Origin: Candidatus Methylomirabilia bacterium
GTDB lineage: Bacteria > Methylomirabilota > Methylomirabilia > Rokubacteriales > CSP1-6
Assembly (NCBI GenBank): GCA_046758965.1
Contig: JBHIBG010000001.1
Location: 44,381 to 108,380 of the forward strand
DNA length: 64,000 bases
Reading direction: 5' to 3'
This document shows positions 1-8,891 of this stretch, piece by piece. The position numbers and the translations under genes were made by a program. Within the stretch, counting starts at the first letter, position 1, and each line of letters opens with the position of its first letter. The notes beneath the pieces were generated by a model. The model saw nothing but the letters and a program-made list of their open reading frames with translations. It had not been told where the DNA came from and did not search any database.

Positions 1-1
1 C

Positions 2-3000
2 CGGCGGGACGAGGTGATCGAGTACGTGGCGGAGAAGTACGGCCGCGACAACGTGGCGCAGATCATCACCTTCGGGACCTTGGGAGCCAAGGCGGTTATC
101 CGGGATGTGGGGCGCGCCCTCGGAATGGCCTATAGCGACGTGGACCGAATCGCCAAGTTGGTCCCCGGCCAGCTGAACATCACCCTGGATGACGCGCTCT
201 CCAAATCTCCACCGCTCGCCGAGGCGGTGCGGAGCCGGCAGGAGGTGGCGCAGCTCTGGGAGATGGCCGGGGTGCTCGAAGGGCTCACGCGGCACGCCTC
301 GACCCATGCGGCCGGTGTCGTGATCTCGGACGAGCCCTTGATCGAGCACGTCCCCCTCTACAAGGACCCGAAGCGGGATGATGTGGTGACCGGCTACGCC
401 ATGGGCCCCATTGAGAAGATCGGGCTCCTCAAGATGGACTTCCTGGGACTGCGGACCCTCACGGTGATCGCCAATACGGTGAAGCTGGTGGCGGCGTCCC
501 GGGGCCTATCCCTGGATCCGGATGTGATCCCCTTCGACGATCGCAAGACCTACCAGCTCCTCTCGGAGGCGAAGACGTTCGGGGTCTTCCAGCTGGAGTC
601 GGCAGGCATGCGGGATCTGCTCCGTCGGTTAAAGCCTGAGCGGCTGGAGGACGTTATTGCCTTGGTAGCGCTCTACCGGCCCGGGCCGATGGAGATGATT
701 CCCGAATTCATCAACCGGCGGCACGGTCGGGCGAAGATCACCTACGATCATGCGCTCCTTGAGCCGATCCTGAAGGAGACCTACGGAATCTGCACGTATC
801 AGGAGCAGGTGATGCAGATCGCGGCGGTCTTGGCGGGGTTCTCCATGAGCGAAGCGGACATCCTCCGGAGGGCCATGGGGAAGAAGAACCCGGAGATGAT
901 GGCTCAGCAACGGGAGCAGTTCGTACGGGGCGCGACGGCTCGGGGGATCGACGAGCGAAGAGCGGGGAAGATCTTCGATATGCTGGCGCCGTTCGCGGGG
1001 TATGCCTTCAACAAGTGCCTGACCGGAGACGCCCAGATCGAAATGGCCGACGGTACCCTCAGGCGTATCACCGACGTGCGCGACGGAAACCTCGTGCTGA
1101 CCAAGGATGGCCCATTCAGGGCCTTTGGAGTGCGGCCGAGTGGAATCCGGCGCGTTGGGCGGCTCGTGCTCGCCAACGGCATGACCGTGCGCTGCACTCC
1201 CGACCACCCCGTCTTCACCCAGCGCGGCTGGGTGAACGCGGAGGACCTTTCCGGCAGCGACTTTGTGGCCGTCGCGCGCGAGCTTTCCTGCGGCAGGCAG
1301 CCGGTTCCGAACCATTTCCCCGGCCTCCTCGGGTATGCCCTTTCCGAAGGAGGCTTGGGGTACGACAGCCATTTCTACCTGTATTCCACTGACCCGGATG
1401 AGATCCGAGACATGGGCCAAATTCTCTCGGCCTTCGCGAACACCTCGCTCCGGGTTGAGGCGCGTCCCGGCGGCAGGACGCGGGCGATCCGGCCCGTGAG
1501 AGTTGATCCGAAAACTCCGTCAGCGGCCGTTGAATTTCTCTTACACGAATGCGGGTTACAGGGCAAAACTGCGCTGAACAAGCGGGTTCCTCCGGTAGTG
1601 GGTCGATGGAATCGGGAAGCCATTTCGGTTCTCGTGGCGAAGCTCTTCCAGGGGGATGGGTGCATCCATCCGAAGAGCCGATCCATCTTTTACGCAACGT
1701 CTTCGGAGGGGTTGGCCTGGGATGTTCGCCGGCTCCTCCTAAAGCTCGGTATCCCCTCGACGATCCACCGAAAGACGTTCGCCTACCGGAACGCGCGCCG
1801 GGTGGGGTACACGGTCAACCTGCTCGGGGGACGCTCGACCTACTCGAGATTCCAGGCACTCGTGGGTTCCTATCTGGTTGGGAAGAGGCAGGCGGCCTTG
1901 GCCACGCTCGAGGCGTCGTACGCTGGCACGAGGGCCCTCTTCGCAGGCGGGACGGTGGATCTGCTCCCACTGCAGCTCTGTCGGGAGCCGGTGCGACAGG
2001 CGATTCGAAAATGCTTCGACAGCTTGAAGGCCGGGTGTCGAGCGCTCGGGGTTGCATACAGGCTCCTGTTCGCCGATGGGCGGAAAGGCGGGATTCGCCG
2101 GGATACGCTCGAGTACCTGGCCGAGCAGCTCGGCTCCCCGGAGCTTGACGCGATCGCTCGATCCTCCATTGCGTGGTCGAGACTCAGGAAGTTTGTCGTC
2201 GAGGACGTCGAGCCGACCTACGACTTCGAAGTCCCGGGGGCCGAGAGCTTTATCGCCAACGGGATCGTCGTCCACAACTCCCACGCCGCGGCGTACGCCG
2301 TGGTCGCGTACCAGACTGCCTACCTCAAGGCCAACTACCCCGTGGAGTTTATGGCTGCGCTGCTCACCTCTGAGATGGGGGACTCCGACAAGATCGTGAG
2401 GTACATCGAGGAATGCCGGGAGATGGGAATCCGGGTCCTGCCACCCGACGTCAACAGCTCATCTACCCAGTTTCGAGTGGTCGGGGAGACGATCCAGTTC
2501 GGTCTCGCCGCGATCAAGAACGTCGGCGAGGCGGCGATCGAGTCCATTCTGAAAACTCGCGCGCCTGAGAGCCCCTTCAGCTTCCTGAGTGACTTCTGCC
2601 GTCGGGTGGATGTGCGCCTGGTCAACCGCCGGGTCATCGAAAGCCTGATCAAGGCCGGAGCCTTCGACTCGCTCCGAGTGAGCCGGGCCCACCTCCTCGC
2701 CTCGCTTGACCAGGCCCTGGAGGCGGGACAGCGCCATCAGCGGGACCGCCAGGAAGGACAGGCCTCGCTCTTGGACCTGTTTGAGGAACCGCCGATCAGC
2801 GCTGGTACGGCCGAGGAGCCAGCGCTCCCCGAGTGGGACTCCGACCAGCTTCTGGCGTATGAGAAGGAGGTGCTGGGGTTCTACCTCTCCGGCCACCCGC
2901 TCTCCCGGTTCCAACCCCTGGCTCAGCGGTGGGGCGTGACCCCTCTGGGGGATCTGGGAGGGAAGAGCTTGGGGTCACGAGTCTTGCTTTTGGGCCAGGT

Positions 3001-3574
3001 GGCAGCCCTGAAGGAGATCCCCACGAAGAGCGGTGACCGCATGGCCTTTGCCACGCTGGAGGACATGGGCGGGAGCGTGGAGCTTACGGTGTTCCCGGGG
3101 CCGTTTCGCACAGCAGCGCCGCTACTCCGGGCTCAGGCGCCTGTCCTGGTGCGGGGGCGCGTGGACGAGAGTGAGCGGGGACGTGTGGTGCTGGCCGAGG
3201 AGATCCGCCCGCTGCAGGAGAGCGGGTTCCCTGATCCGGCTCGACCTGGCGTCGGGGAGCCCCCGGGCACCCTGGGCGTGCGGTCGGACCTCTCCGGGGT
3301 CCAACCCGTGCCGGATCCTTTCGAAGCCTCACCCATTCCGCTGGCCCAGGCCTGCCGAATCCGGGTTCCTGCCACGGCCGATGCCCGGATCGTTCTGGAC
3401 GCTCTCAGGCGTTGCTGTGCCGAGCATCGGGGGAGCGTGCCCCTGTTTCTCCATCTCCTGCTGTCGGGGCAGGAGGTCGTCGTCCATGTCGGGGCCTTCT
3501 CCGTGGCTCCGGCCGGGGAACTGGTCTCGAGGGTCGAGGCACTCCTGGGGCAGGGGAGCATCATCGTCGAATAG
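2..3574 (+). CDS. dnaE: DNA polymerase III alpha subunit, 5' part outside the window, interrupted by an intein
   Basis: Frame open from base 2. Motifs RHASTHAAGVVI, GLLKMDFLGLRTL, GVFQLES, LYRPGP, YQEQVMQ, FNK|SHAAAY, C-terminal OB fold. Confidence 0.97.
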   Translation, partial: RRDEVIEYVAEKYGRDNVAQIITFGTLGAKAVIRDVGRALGMAYSDVDRIAKLVPGQLNITLDDALSKSPPLAEAVRSRQEVAQLWEMAGVLEGLTRHASTHAAGVVISDEPLIEHVPLYKDPKRDDVVTGYAMGPIEKIGLLKMDFLGLRTLTVIANTVKLVAASRGLSLDPDVIPFDDRKTYQLLSEAKTFGVFQLESAGMRDLLRRLKPERLEDVIALVALYRPGPMEMIPEFINRRHGRAKITYDHALLEPILKETYGICTYQEQVMQIAAVLAGFSMSEADILRRAMGKKNPEMMAQQREQFVRGATARGIDERRAGKIFDMLAPFAGYAFNKCLTGDAQIEMADGTLRRITDVRDGNLVLTKDGPFRAFGVRPSGIRRVGRLVLANGMTVRCTPDHPVFTQRGWVNAEDLSGSDFVAVARELSCGRQPVPNHFPGLLGYALSEGGLGYDSHFYLYSTDPDEIRDMGQILSAFANTSLRVEARPGGRTRAIRPVRVDPKTPSAAVEFLLHECGLQGKTALNKRVPPVVGRWNREAISVLVAKLFQGDGCIHPKSRSIFYATSSEGLAWDVRRLLLKLGIPSTIHRKTFAYRNARRVGYTVNLLGGRSTYSRFQALVGSYLVGKRQAALATLEASYAGTRALFAGGTVDLLPLQLCREPVRQAIRKCFDSLKAGCRALGVAYRLLFADGRKGGIRRDTLEYLAEQLGSPELDAIARSSIAWSRLRKFVVEDVEPTYDFEVPGAESFIANGIVVHNSHAAAYAVVAYQTAYLKANYPVEFMAALLTSEMGDSDKIVRYIEECREMGIRVLPPDVNSSSTQFRVVGETIQFGLAAIKNVGEAAIESILKTRAPESPFSFLSDFCRRVDVRLVNRRVIESLIKAGAFDSLRVSRAHLLASLDQALEAGQRHQRDRQEGQASLLDLFEEPPISAGTAEEPALPEWDSDQLLAYEKEVLGFYLSGHPLSRFQPLAQRWGVTPLGDLGGKSLGSRVLLLGQVAALKEIPTKSGDRMAFATLEDMGGSVELTVFPGPFRTAAPLLRAQAPVLVRGRVDESERGRVVLAEEIRPLQESGFPDPARPGVGEPPGTLGVRSDLSGVQPVPDPFEASPIPLAQACRIRVPATADARIVLDALRRCCAEHRGSVPLFLHLLLSGQEVVVHVGAFSVAPAGELVSRVEALLGQGSIIVE
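1016..2278 (+). mobile_element. 421-aa intein with LAGLIDADG homing endonuclease in DnaE
   Basis: Starts CLTGDAQI after FNK and ends IVVHN before SHAAAY. Block B TPDH; endonuclease helices LLGYALSEGG and LVAKLFQGDGC; block F YDFEVPGAESFIANG. Confidence 0.95.
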
Positions 3575-3600
3575 TGAGGGGGCGCGACGACAAGGTGCGG

Positions 3601-4605
3601 CTACGGGGGCCCGGAGTCCACGAGTGCCAGCGCGGTGTCCTCATCCGTGACCAGCACGTTCATGAAGTGCCCCCGCAGGGCTCCCAGGATCGCCTCCAGC
3701 TTTTGTTTCCCTCCCGCCACGGCGATCACATATTTGCCGTATGAGCCAGACATCTCTCTGAGCCGGACCGCGCTGACGGCCAGCACGCGCCGGGTGAGCC
3801 TGCGAAGCTCTCTGCGCTCGGTCAGGGTCCCTTGAGCGTCGAATGGCTGATAGTTGATCTCACCGACGACGCCTAGGGCTTTGAGCGTCTTGACGCTGAC
3901 CCCGTATGACTCGGCCAGCGAGCAGAAGCCTGGTGTATCTTCTCCGATCATCCCGATCCCGACCAGGGAGATCTGGACATCCTGGGCCCCATCGTAGATC
4001 CGGCGGATCTCTTGGTTCTTTAGCAGCCGGCGCCGCTCAGCCTCGATCTGTTGCGGCGCGCCCGGGAGCTGCGCCGGGAGCGCGTAGGCGGTCACGTGAG
4101 GGCGATACTTCGCGGCCATCATCCCGACGAGGGTGTTGGGGAAGAGATCGACCAGCTTGAGGGTGCTTTCAGCCGACAGGGGAAACAGGCTGAGGTTGCG
4201 GAACCGGCGCTCTCGCAGCTGATGAATGGTCTGGTACAGGGTGAAGCCGCAGGAGAGCCCCACCGAGATCCCGTTGGCCGCGACCCGCTCGAAGTATCGG
4301 GCTGCGGCCGCCCCCAGGTCCCTCCTCAGTTCCCCCTCGCTGCCCGCCGGGATGACGACCGCGTCGCGGAGGCCAAAGCGTTCCACGAGCGAGGCCTCCA
4401 ACCTGGGGTTCTGGGGGAGGTCGAGCTCCACGCGGATCCATCCTTCCGCAAAGGCGCGTTTGAGGAGGCGCGAGACCTTGGAAGAGGAGAGCCCGAGCGC
4501 CTTGGCGATCTCCTTCTGGTGCTTTCGGTGGCGGTAGTGAAGCTCAAGGCATTGGATCATCTGGCGGAGCTCCTGCGGGGAGCCGAGATCGTGAGCGAGC
4601 CTCAT
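3601..4605 (-). CDS. SorC/DeoR/CggR-family sugar-phosphate-binding transcriptional regulator
   Basis: N-terminal HTH (HQKEIAKALGLSSSKVSRLL) plus sugar-binding domain (FGLRDAVV, VGLSCGFTL, GVVGEI, VAGGKQKLEAILGALRG..NVLVTDE). Start moved to ATG 4605 after RBS GAGAGG. Confidence 0.9.
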   Translation of the reverse strand: MRLAHDLGSPQELRQMIQCLELHYRHRKHQKEIAKALGLSSSKVSRLLKRAFAEGWIRVELDLPQNPRLEASLVERFGLRDAVVIPAGSEGELRRDLGAAAARYFERVAANGISVGLSCGFTLYQTIHQLRERRFRNLSLFPLSAESTLKLVDLFPNTLVGMMAAKYRPHVTAYALPAQLPGAPQQIEAERRRLLKNQEIRRIYDGAQDVQISLVGIGMIGEDTPGFCSLAESYGVSVKTLKALGVVGEINYQPFDAQGTLTERRELRRLTRRVLAVSAVRLREMSGSYGKYVIAVAGGKQKLEAILGALRGHFMNVLVTDEDTALALVDSGPP

Positions 4606-4636
4606 GAAATAAATTTCACCTCTCTGTAGTTTTTGC

Positions 4637-4678
4637 TTGACACCGTGAATTGTATCACGGTATGATAAATGTCGTCTA
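4637..4678. promoter_or_regulatory. Overlapping divergent sigma70-type promoters with operator palindrome ACCGTGA-N6-TCACGGT
   Basis: Plus strand TTGACA(4637-4642)-18-TATGAT(4661-4666). Minus strand TAGACG(4678-4673)-18-TGn-TACAAT(4654-4649). Perfect 7-bp inverted repeat at 4642-4661. Confidence 0.7.
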
Positions 4679-4732
4679 TCTATTCGCCCTCTCTTTTCCC
4701 ATCGACGTTTCTCTCTCATCAAGGAGGTGACA

Positions 4733-6193
4733 ATGAGAGCGCAGAAGCGTTATCCGGGCAGCCGGAAAGGGCGGCCCTCGCTTTCTGAGTATCATCAGTC
4801 CAAGGACAACCTCGCGGATCTCCCTCAAACGACAGCGGAAAAGATCGCGGTGACCAACACGCCGAACCTCTTCTCCTACAAGTCGTACGTGTTCGCCAAG
4901 ACGCCCGAGCTGGTGAGGCGCTTCATCAAGGCGACCAAGGCTGACGTGGGTGGGGTGGGGGGGCACGTGGTGGCGGCCGAGGAGGTCAAGGCGGTCGTCA
5001 CCAAGTTTGTCATGGAGAACAATGCCTTCCAGGGCGAGCCCGTCTTCAGCTCATTCATGGTCACCCATACCGGCGATGACGTGGCAGTGACCGGGGTCAT
5101 GTCCGAGCACACGCCGATGGAGGTGGTGGATGAGCTGCTCTGGGACGCCTTCACGCTCGGGGCTGACAAAGCCACCGAGCTGGGGCTCTACGGCCCGGGG
5201 CAGGACTTGGTGGCGGATGCGTTCACGGGGAACTTGCGCGGAGCTGGACCCGCCACGGTGGTGCTCCCGCTTCCGGTGCGGCCGGAGAACCCGTCCCAGA
5301 CGGTGCTGGTCTCCTTCGCCGACAAGACCGAGCCCGTCGCGTTCAACTATTACGCCACCGGGGCCTACCTGCTCCCCCGCTTCAACTCGGGGCTGACCAT
5401 CGCCTCCTCCAGGATGAAGCGCGGCTACCTCATGGAGATCGTGGACCTGGACACCAAGGCCCAGGCTATCGAGGCGGGCGTCCACCCGAGGGATCAAAAA
5501 GCCCTGGATGGCAAGATGGAAGAGCTGGCAAAAGGACTCCAGGAGAAGGTGATCGCGCTTCGCTCTCCCGAGGACCTGTTCGACATCGAGGGGCTCTGCC
5601 GCTCCTCCCGCTTCGTCGTGGCCCGGATCTGGACGCGCGATGAGAAGGCGGAAAATGGCGAGCTCGGGTACGTGGTCTCCGCCGAGCGCCTGCATAACAT
5701 CCAGACCAAGAAGGGGTTCACCTATGGCGGGAAGGATGACCCTGTGCTCTTGGCTTTCGCCCAGGGAGACTGGCCGGCACCGGGGGAGATCACCTCGCCT
5801 TGGGCGACCTGCCCCATGGTGGCTGGCGACTGCCGCGGCAGTCACAACCTCCATATTCTCCCGGTTCCGATCAACTGGCAGACCTCCTACTGGTCTGGCC
5901 CCATCCTCTCAGCGGTCACGCTCTCGGTGAACATCCACGCCGGGCGCATTGGGGCGGTCTCAGACCAGTTCGCGCTGGGGACGCCGTGGGACTACGTCCG
6001 GCAGCGCGCCTCCGAGCTGGCCATTCAGTTCCGTACCGCCCACGGGATCCGGCAGCCAGCCACCCTCCACGAGGATGAGTTGGAGTACCAGGAAGGCTGG
6101 AAACAGCGCCGCGCCCGGCTCGAGAAGCAGTTCGAAGTGAAGCCTCCGCTTGTCTGGAATGGCGGCGGAAGGAAGGCCACCGTTCTGACCTAA
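4733..6193 (+). CDS. fbp: Class V fructose-1,6-bisphosphate aldolase/phosphatase homologue, divergent and N-terminally extended
   Basis: Motifs KADVGGVGGH, THTGDD, GLYGPGQDL.ADAFTGNLRGAGP, ADKTEP, YGGKDDP, RGSH, ELEY. Strong SD AAGGAGG before ATG 4733. Confidence 0.9.
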   Translation: MRAQKRYPGSRKGRPSLSEYHQSKDNLADLPQTTAEKIAVTNTPNLFSYKSYVFAKTPELVRRFIKATKADVGGVGGHVVAAEEVKAVVTKFVMENNAFQGEPVFSSFMVTHTGDDVAVTGVMSEHTPMEVVDELLWDAFTLGADKATELGLYGPGQDLVADAFTGNLRGAGPATVVLPLPVRPENPSQTVLVSFADKTEPVAFNYYATGAYLLPRFNSGLTIASSRMKRGYLMEIVDLDTKAQAIEAGVHPRDQKALDGKMEELAKGLQEKVIALRSPEDLFDIEGLCRSSRFVVARIWTRDEKAENGELGYVVSAERLHNIQTKKGFTYGGKDDPVLLAFAQGDWPAPGEITSPWATCPMVAGDCRGSHNLHILPVPINWQTSYWSGPILSAVTLSVNIHAGRIGAVSDQFALGTPWDYVRQRASELAIQFRTAHGIRQPATLHEDELEYQEGWKQRRARLEKQFEVKPPLVWNGGGRKATVLT

Positions 6194-6255
6194 GAGGGCC
6201 ATAGAGCTGAGCGAGCGAGGTCGGCTCGAGCTTTGACGGTCTTTCGTCTCCCCGG

Positions 6256-6294
6256 AAGCCGGCCGCCGGATGCCTTCGGCGGCCGGCTTTTATT
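6256..6294 (+). terminator. Rho-independent terminator
   Basis: 13-bp perfect stem AAGCCGGCCGCCG/CGGCGGCCGGCTT followed by TTATT. Confidence 0.85.
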
Positions 6295-6303
6295 GCCGTT
6301 TTA

Positions 6304-6332
6304 TTGACAAGACCATTCGGGGGTGGTAAACC
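6304..6332 (+). promoter_or_regulatory. Putative sigma70 promoter of the DUF151 operon
   Basis: TTGACA-17-TAAACC directly after the upstream terminator. Confidence 0.55.
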
Positions 6333-6503
6333 TAATCTAAGTGCAACCTACAAGCATTTTCGCGGTTTCCCACGGCTCAGCTCCACCTCATCACGTAAGG
6401 CTGTCAGAGGAGCAAGTACGACTCGGAGTGGGCGGCAGGCCTGGAGCTCCCAACACGGGGCATCGTCTCCGGGGCGAGTTGGCTTGAGGAGGAGGACGGG
6501 ATT

Positions 6504-7007
6504 ATGTGGGTGGAGATGAAAGTCCGCGGGCTTGCCCTTGACCCGCTGTCTAACATGCCGATTATCATCCTGCGGGACGAGGAGGAGAAGAGCTCGCTCC
6601 CCATCTGGGTGGGGATCTTCGAGGCCAACGCCATTGCCCTGGAGCTAGAGAAGATCGCGACGCCGCGGCCCATGACGCACGACCTGATCAAGAACATCCT
6701 GGAGGCCCTGGAGGCCAGGGTGGCCAAGGTGGTGGTCAACGACCTCCGGGAGAACACCTTCTTCGCGGTGATCCACCTTCAACTCGGCAGATCGGAGATC
6801 ACCGTGGACTCCCGCCCCTCGGATGCCATCGCGCTCGCCTTACGCGTGGGGGCTCCGATTTTCGTTGACGAAGACGTGGTGAAGAGGTCGAAGAGCGTGG
6901 AGGTCGTCAAGGAAGGGGAGACGGTCAACCCCGAGGACCGCGAGAAGCTCAAGGAGTGGCTTGAGAACCTCAAGCCCGAGGATTTCGACAAGTTCAACAA
7001 GATGTGA
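6504..7007 (+). CDS. Bifunctional nuclease family protein (DUF151/BFN)
   Basis: [35 protein letters not shown]; RBS GAGGAGGAGG. Confidence 0.9.
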   Translation: MWVEMKVRGLALDPLSNMPIIILRDEEEKSSLPIWVGIFEANAIALELEKIATPRPMTHDLIKNILEALEARVAKVVVNDLRENTFFAVIHLQLGRSEITVDSRPSDAIALALRVGAPIFVDEDVVKRSKSVEVVKEGETVNPEDREKLKEWLENLKPEDFDKFNKM

Positions 7008-7852
7008 GCACACCGGGTGAAAGCATGACCGACCAGCAACGCGAAGCCGCCATGATGGCGAGGATCCAAGCCGGGGAGCGTATCGAGTCCGCAGAGGAGA
7101 CGACTGCGGAGTACCGGTCGAACCTGATCCACCTGATGACAATGCAAGCAGACTCAGAGCTGGCGGGGGGCTACGGGTATGTGCCCTGGATTATGAAGGC
7201 GCCCACCGTGGAGGAAAAGTACGTGGTAGCCCAGATCGTGAAAGATGAGATCCGCCACGGATCGGTCATGTACGGGCTTCTGGCGGACCTCGGATTTGAC
7301 GTGGAGGCTCACCTCGGCACCCATGACCAGGTCTTCGGGATGCGGACCGAAGCCGAGGCTGATCTCGGCACGCGCCGGATTAGCTCCGACAAGCGGGTCA
7401 ATATCTTCTACTATCCGATCGATACCTGGGCAGACTTCGTCTTCTTCAACTTCTGCATGGATCGGGGCGCCGGGCACCAGCTGGAGGACGTCCGTCACTG
7501 CTCCTACGGCCCCTGGGTGCGCGCGATCGAAGGGATCTTCAAGGAGGAGAAGTTTCACATCCGCCACGGCGAGTACTGGGTCAAGAGGCTCGCCGAGGAC
7601 CCGCGCACCCGCGATGAGGCCCAGGCGACATTCGACACCTGGTATGCGCGGACGATGAACATCTTCGGGCGGCCCGGGTCAGCAAAGAACCGGCTCTATC
7701 GGAAGCTGCGTCTCAAAGTGCGGGACAACGACGAGGTTCGCCAGGCCTTCGCAGCCGAGGTCAAAGCGCTCTGCGCGCCGCTCGGCCTCTCGGTCCCGGA
7801 GTGGCAACCGGCCTGGGAGAAGCTCCCCGAGGAGGCCCAGATCCCCGGTTAG
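7004..7852 (+). CDS. PaaA/PaaC-family ferritin-like diiron protein (phenylacetyl-CoA epoxidase-like)
   Basis: DSE..., APT, DEIRH, MDRGAG.QLE, EEKFH.RHG. The GTG start overlaps the upstream TGA. Confidence 0.8.
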   Translation: MSTPGESMTDQQREAAMMARIQAGERIESAEETTAEYRSNLIHLMTMQADSELAGGYGYVPWIMKAPTVEEKYVVAQIVKDEIRHGSVMYGLLADLGFDVEAHLGTHDQVFGMRTEAEADLGTRRISSDKRVNIFYYPIDTWADFVFFNFCMDRGAGHQLEDVRHCSYGPWVRAIEGIFKEEKFHIRHGEYWVKRLAEDPRTRDEAQATFDTWYARTMNIFGRPGSAKNRLYRKLRLKVRDNDEVRQAFAAEVKALCAPLGLSVPEWQPAWEKLPEEAQIPG

Positions 7853-7862
7853 CCGCGGTCCG

Positions 7863-7890
7863 AAAAAAGGCCCGAGGGCGGGCCTTTCTC
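7863..7890. terminator. Rho-independent terminator, possibly bidirectional
   Basis: A-tract, stem AAAGGCCCG, loop AGGG, stem CGGGCCTTT, then T-rich tail. Confidence 0.8.
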
Positions 7891-8106
7891 TTGGCCTTTC
7901 CCGAGGGATGCGGCTGCCATCACAATTTCGGATCGGGGTGGTGCGCCCAGCAGGGCGTTTCTGTTGCGACGACGGCTCCGTTTTTCGGGGTCCCCTCCTG
8001 CCAGCTAGCTCTCCATGTTTGCTCAAGTCGGGGGTTCCGCTCAACTCTGCATTGGACATCGTCTGAAGGATAAGGTCGCCCAACGCACGCATTTCGGTGC
8101 TCCTTT

Positions 8107-8768
8107 TTGAGTCCAGCGTTCGTCGCGGTACTGTTGCTTTCATGCTCGCCTGTTGTTGAGGACCGCGAACTCCCCGGGATGGTGAGACAGGCGGGTCCTC
8201 CGGAACAGCAGCAGCGCAGGCGAAGCGGGTTGCACCCCGTTTTCCCGGACGAAACCCGCTGTAAGGAACCCCTCTTTTGGCCTTGGCAGCAGGCACGGTG
8301 GTGAGCAAGGGGGAAGGGGGGCAGATGTTAGGCATCTACCTCTGGCTGCGGCATTCACCGGAAGACACCGGCCTGCCTTACTGGGTCTATTCGAAATACC
8401 AGCACCTCCAATCCCTTCCTCAACTGCCGATAGGTGCGAAGGTGGTCGTGGGGCAGGTGGTCGCACGTTCAGGCAAAACCGGCACCGTAGGGGGGCATTA
8501 CGGCGCCGATGGGTATCCCCATCTGCATCTCACGACGCGCAAGAGCCCAACCGGGGAGTATCAGATAACGGGCTCACGCGTGCGAGCACCGGGCTCGCAT
8601 CAGATCGATCCGCTTGCGATCTACCACCAGGCTAGCCCCAAGCCCAAAGAGTCAGGCGATCCGCCGCCCCGTGAAACGGCGGTTACAATCCCGTACGCGA
8701 CCACCGATCGCCAGGTCTGGCCTTAGGGCACCCGTGTTGTGTGGCCGGTTGCCTGCCGGCTGAGGTAG
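8107..8768 (+). pseudogene. M23 peptidase pseudogene
   Basis: Signal-peptide-like piece (FVAVLLLSC), then in another frame GTPLLALAAGTVV...YSKYQHL...SGKTG...PHLHL. The HxxxD zinc motif is missing, and an internal TAG at 8724 precedes a further 13 codons. Confidence 0.7.
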
Positions 8769-8789
8769 GGAATCCAGGGCTCGCACCTC

Positions 8790-8809
8790 CCACCCGGATA
8801 TCCGGGTGG
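8790..8809. repeat. Perfect 20-bp palindrome CCACCCGGATATCCGGGTGG
   Basis: Sequence is self-complementary by direct reading. Confidence 0.8.
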
Positions 8810-8891
8810 CCTACCGGCCTAGGGTTCTTGAGCCACCGCTGCCCCCGATGGGAGTAAAGGGCTCATCGTCTGCCCTGGCGGTGCGGGCATA

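Noticed and set aside
4606-4722. 39-aa N-terminal extension of the SorC regulator in the ORF track
   Set aside because: It runs through the promoter region; an RBS and ATG at 4605 fit better.
6333-6503. 6S RNA or known riboswitch
   Set aside because: No long rod with central bubble and no recognisable aptamer consensus; kept only as an unnamed candidate.
8724-8726. TAG readthrough (pyrrolysine or recoding) in the M23 gene
   Set aside because: The gene is already broken upstream and other genes use TAG as a normal stop.
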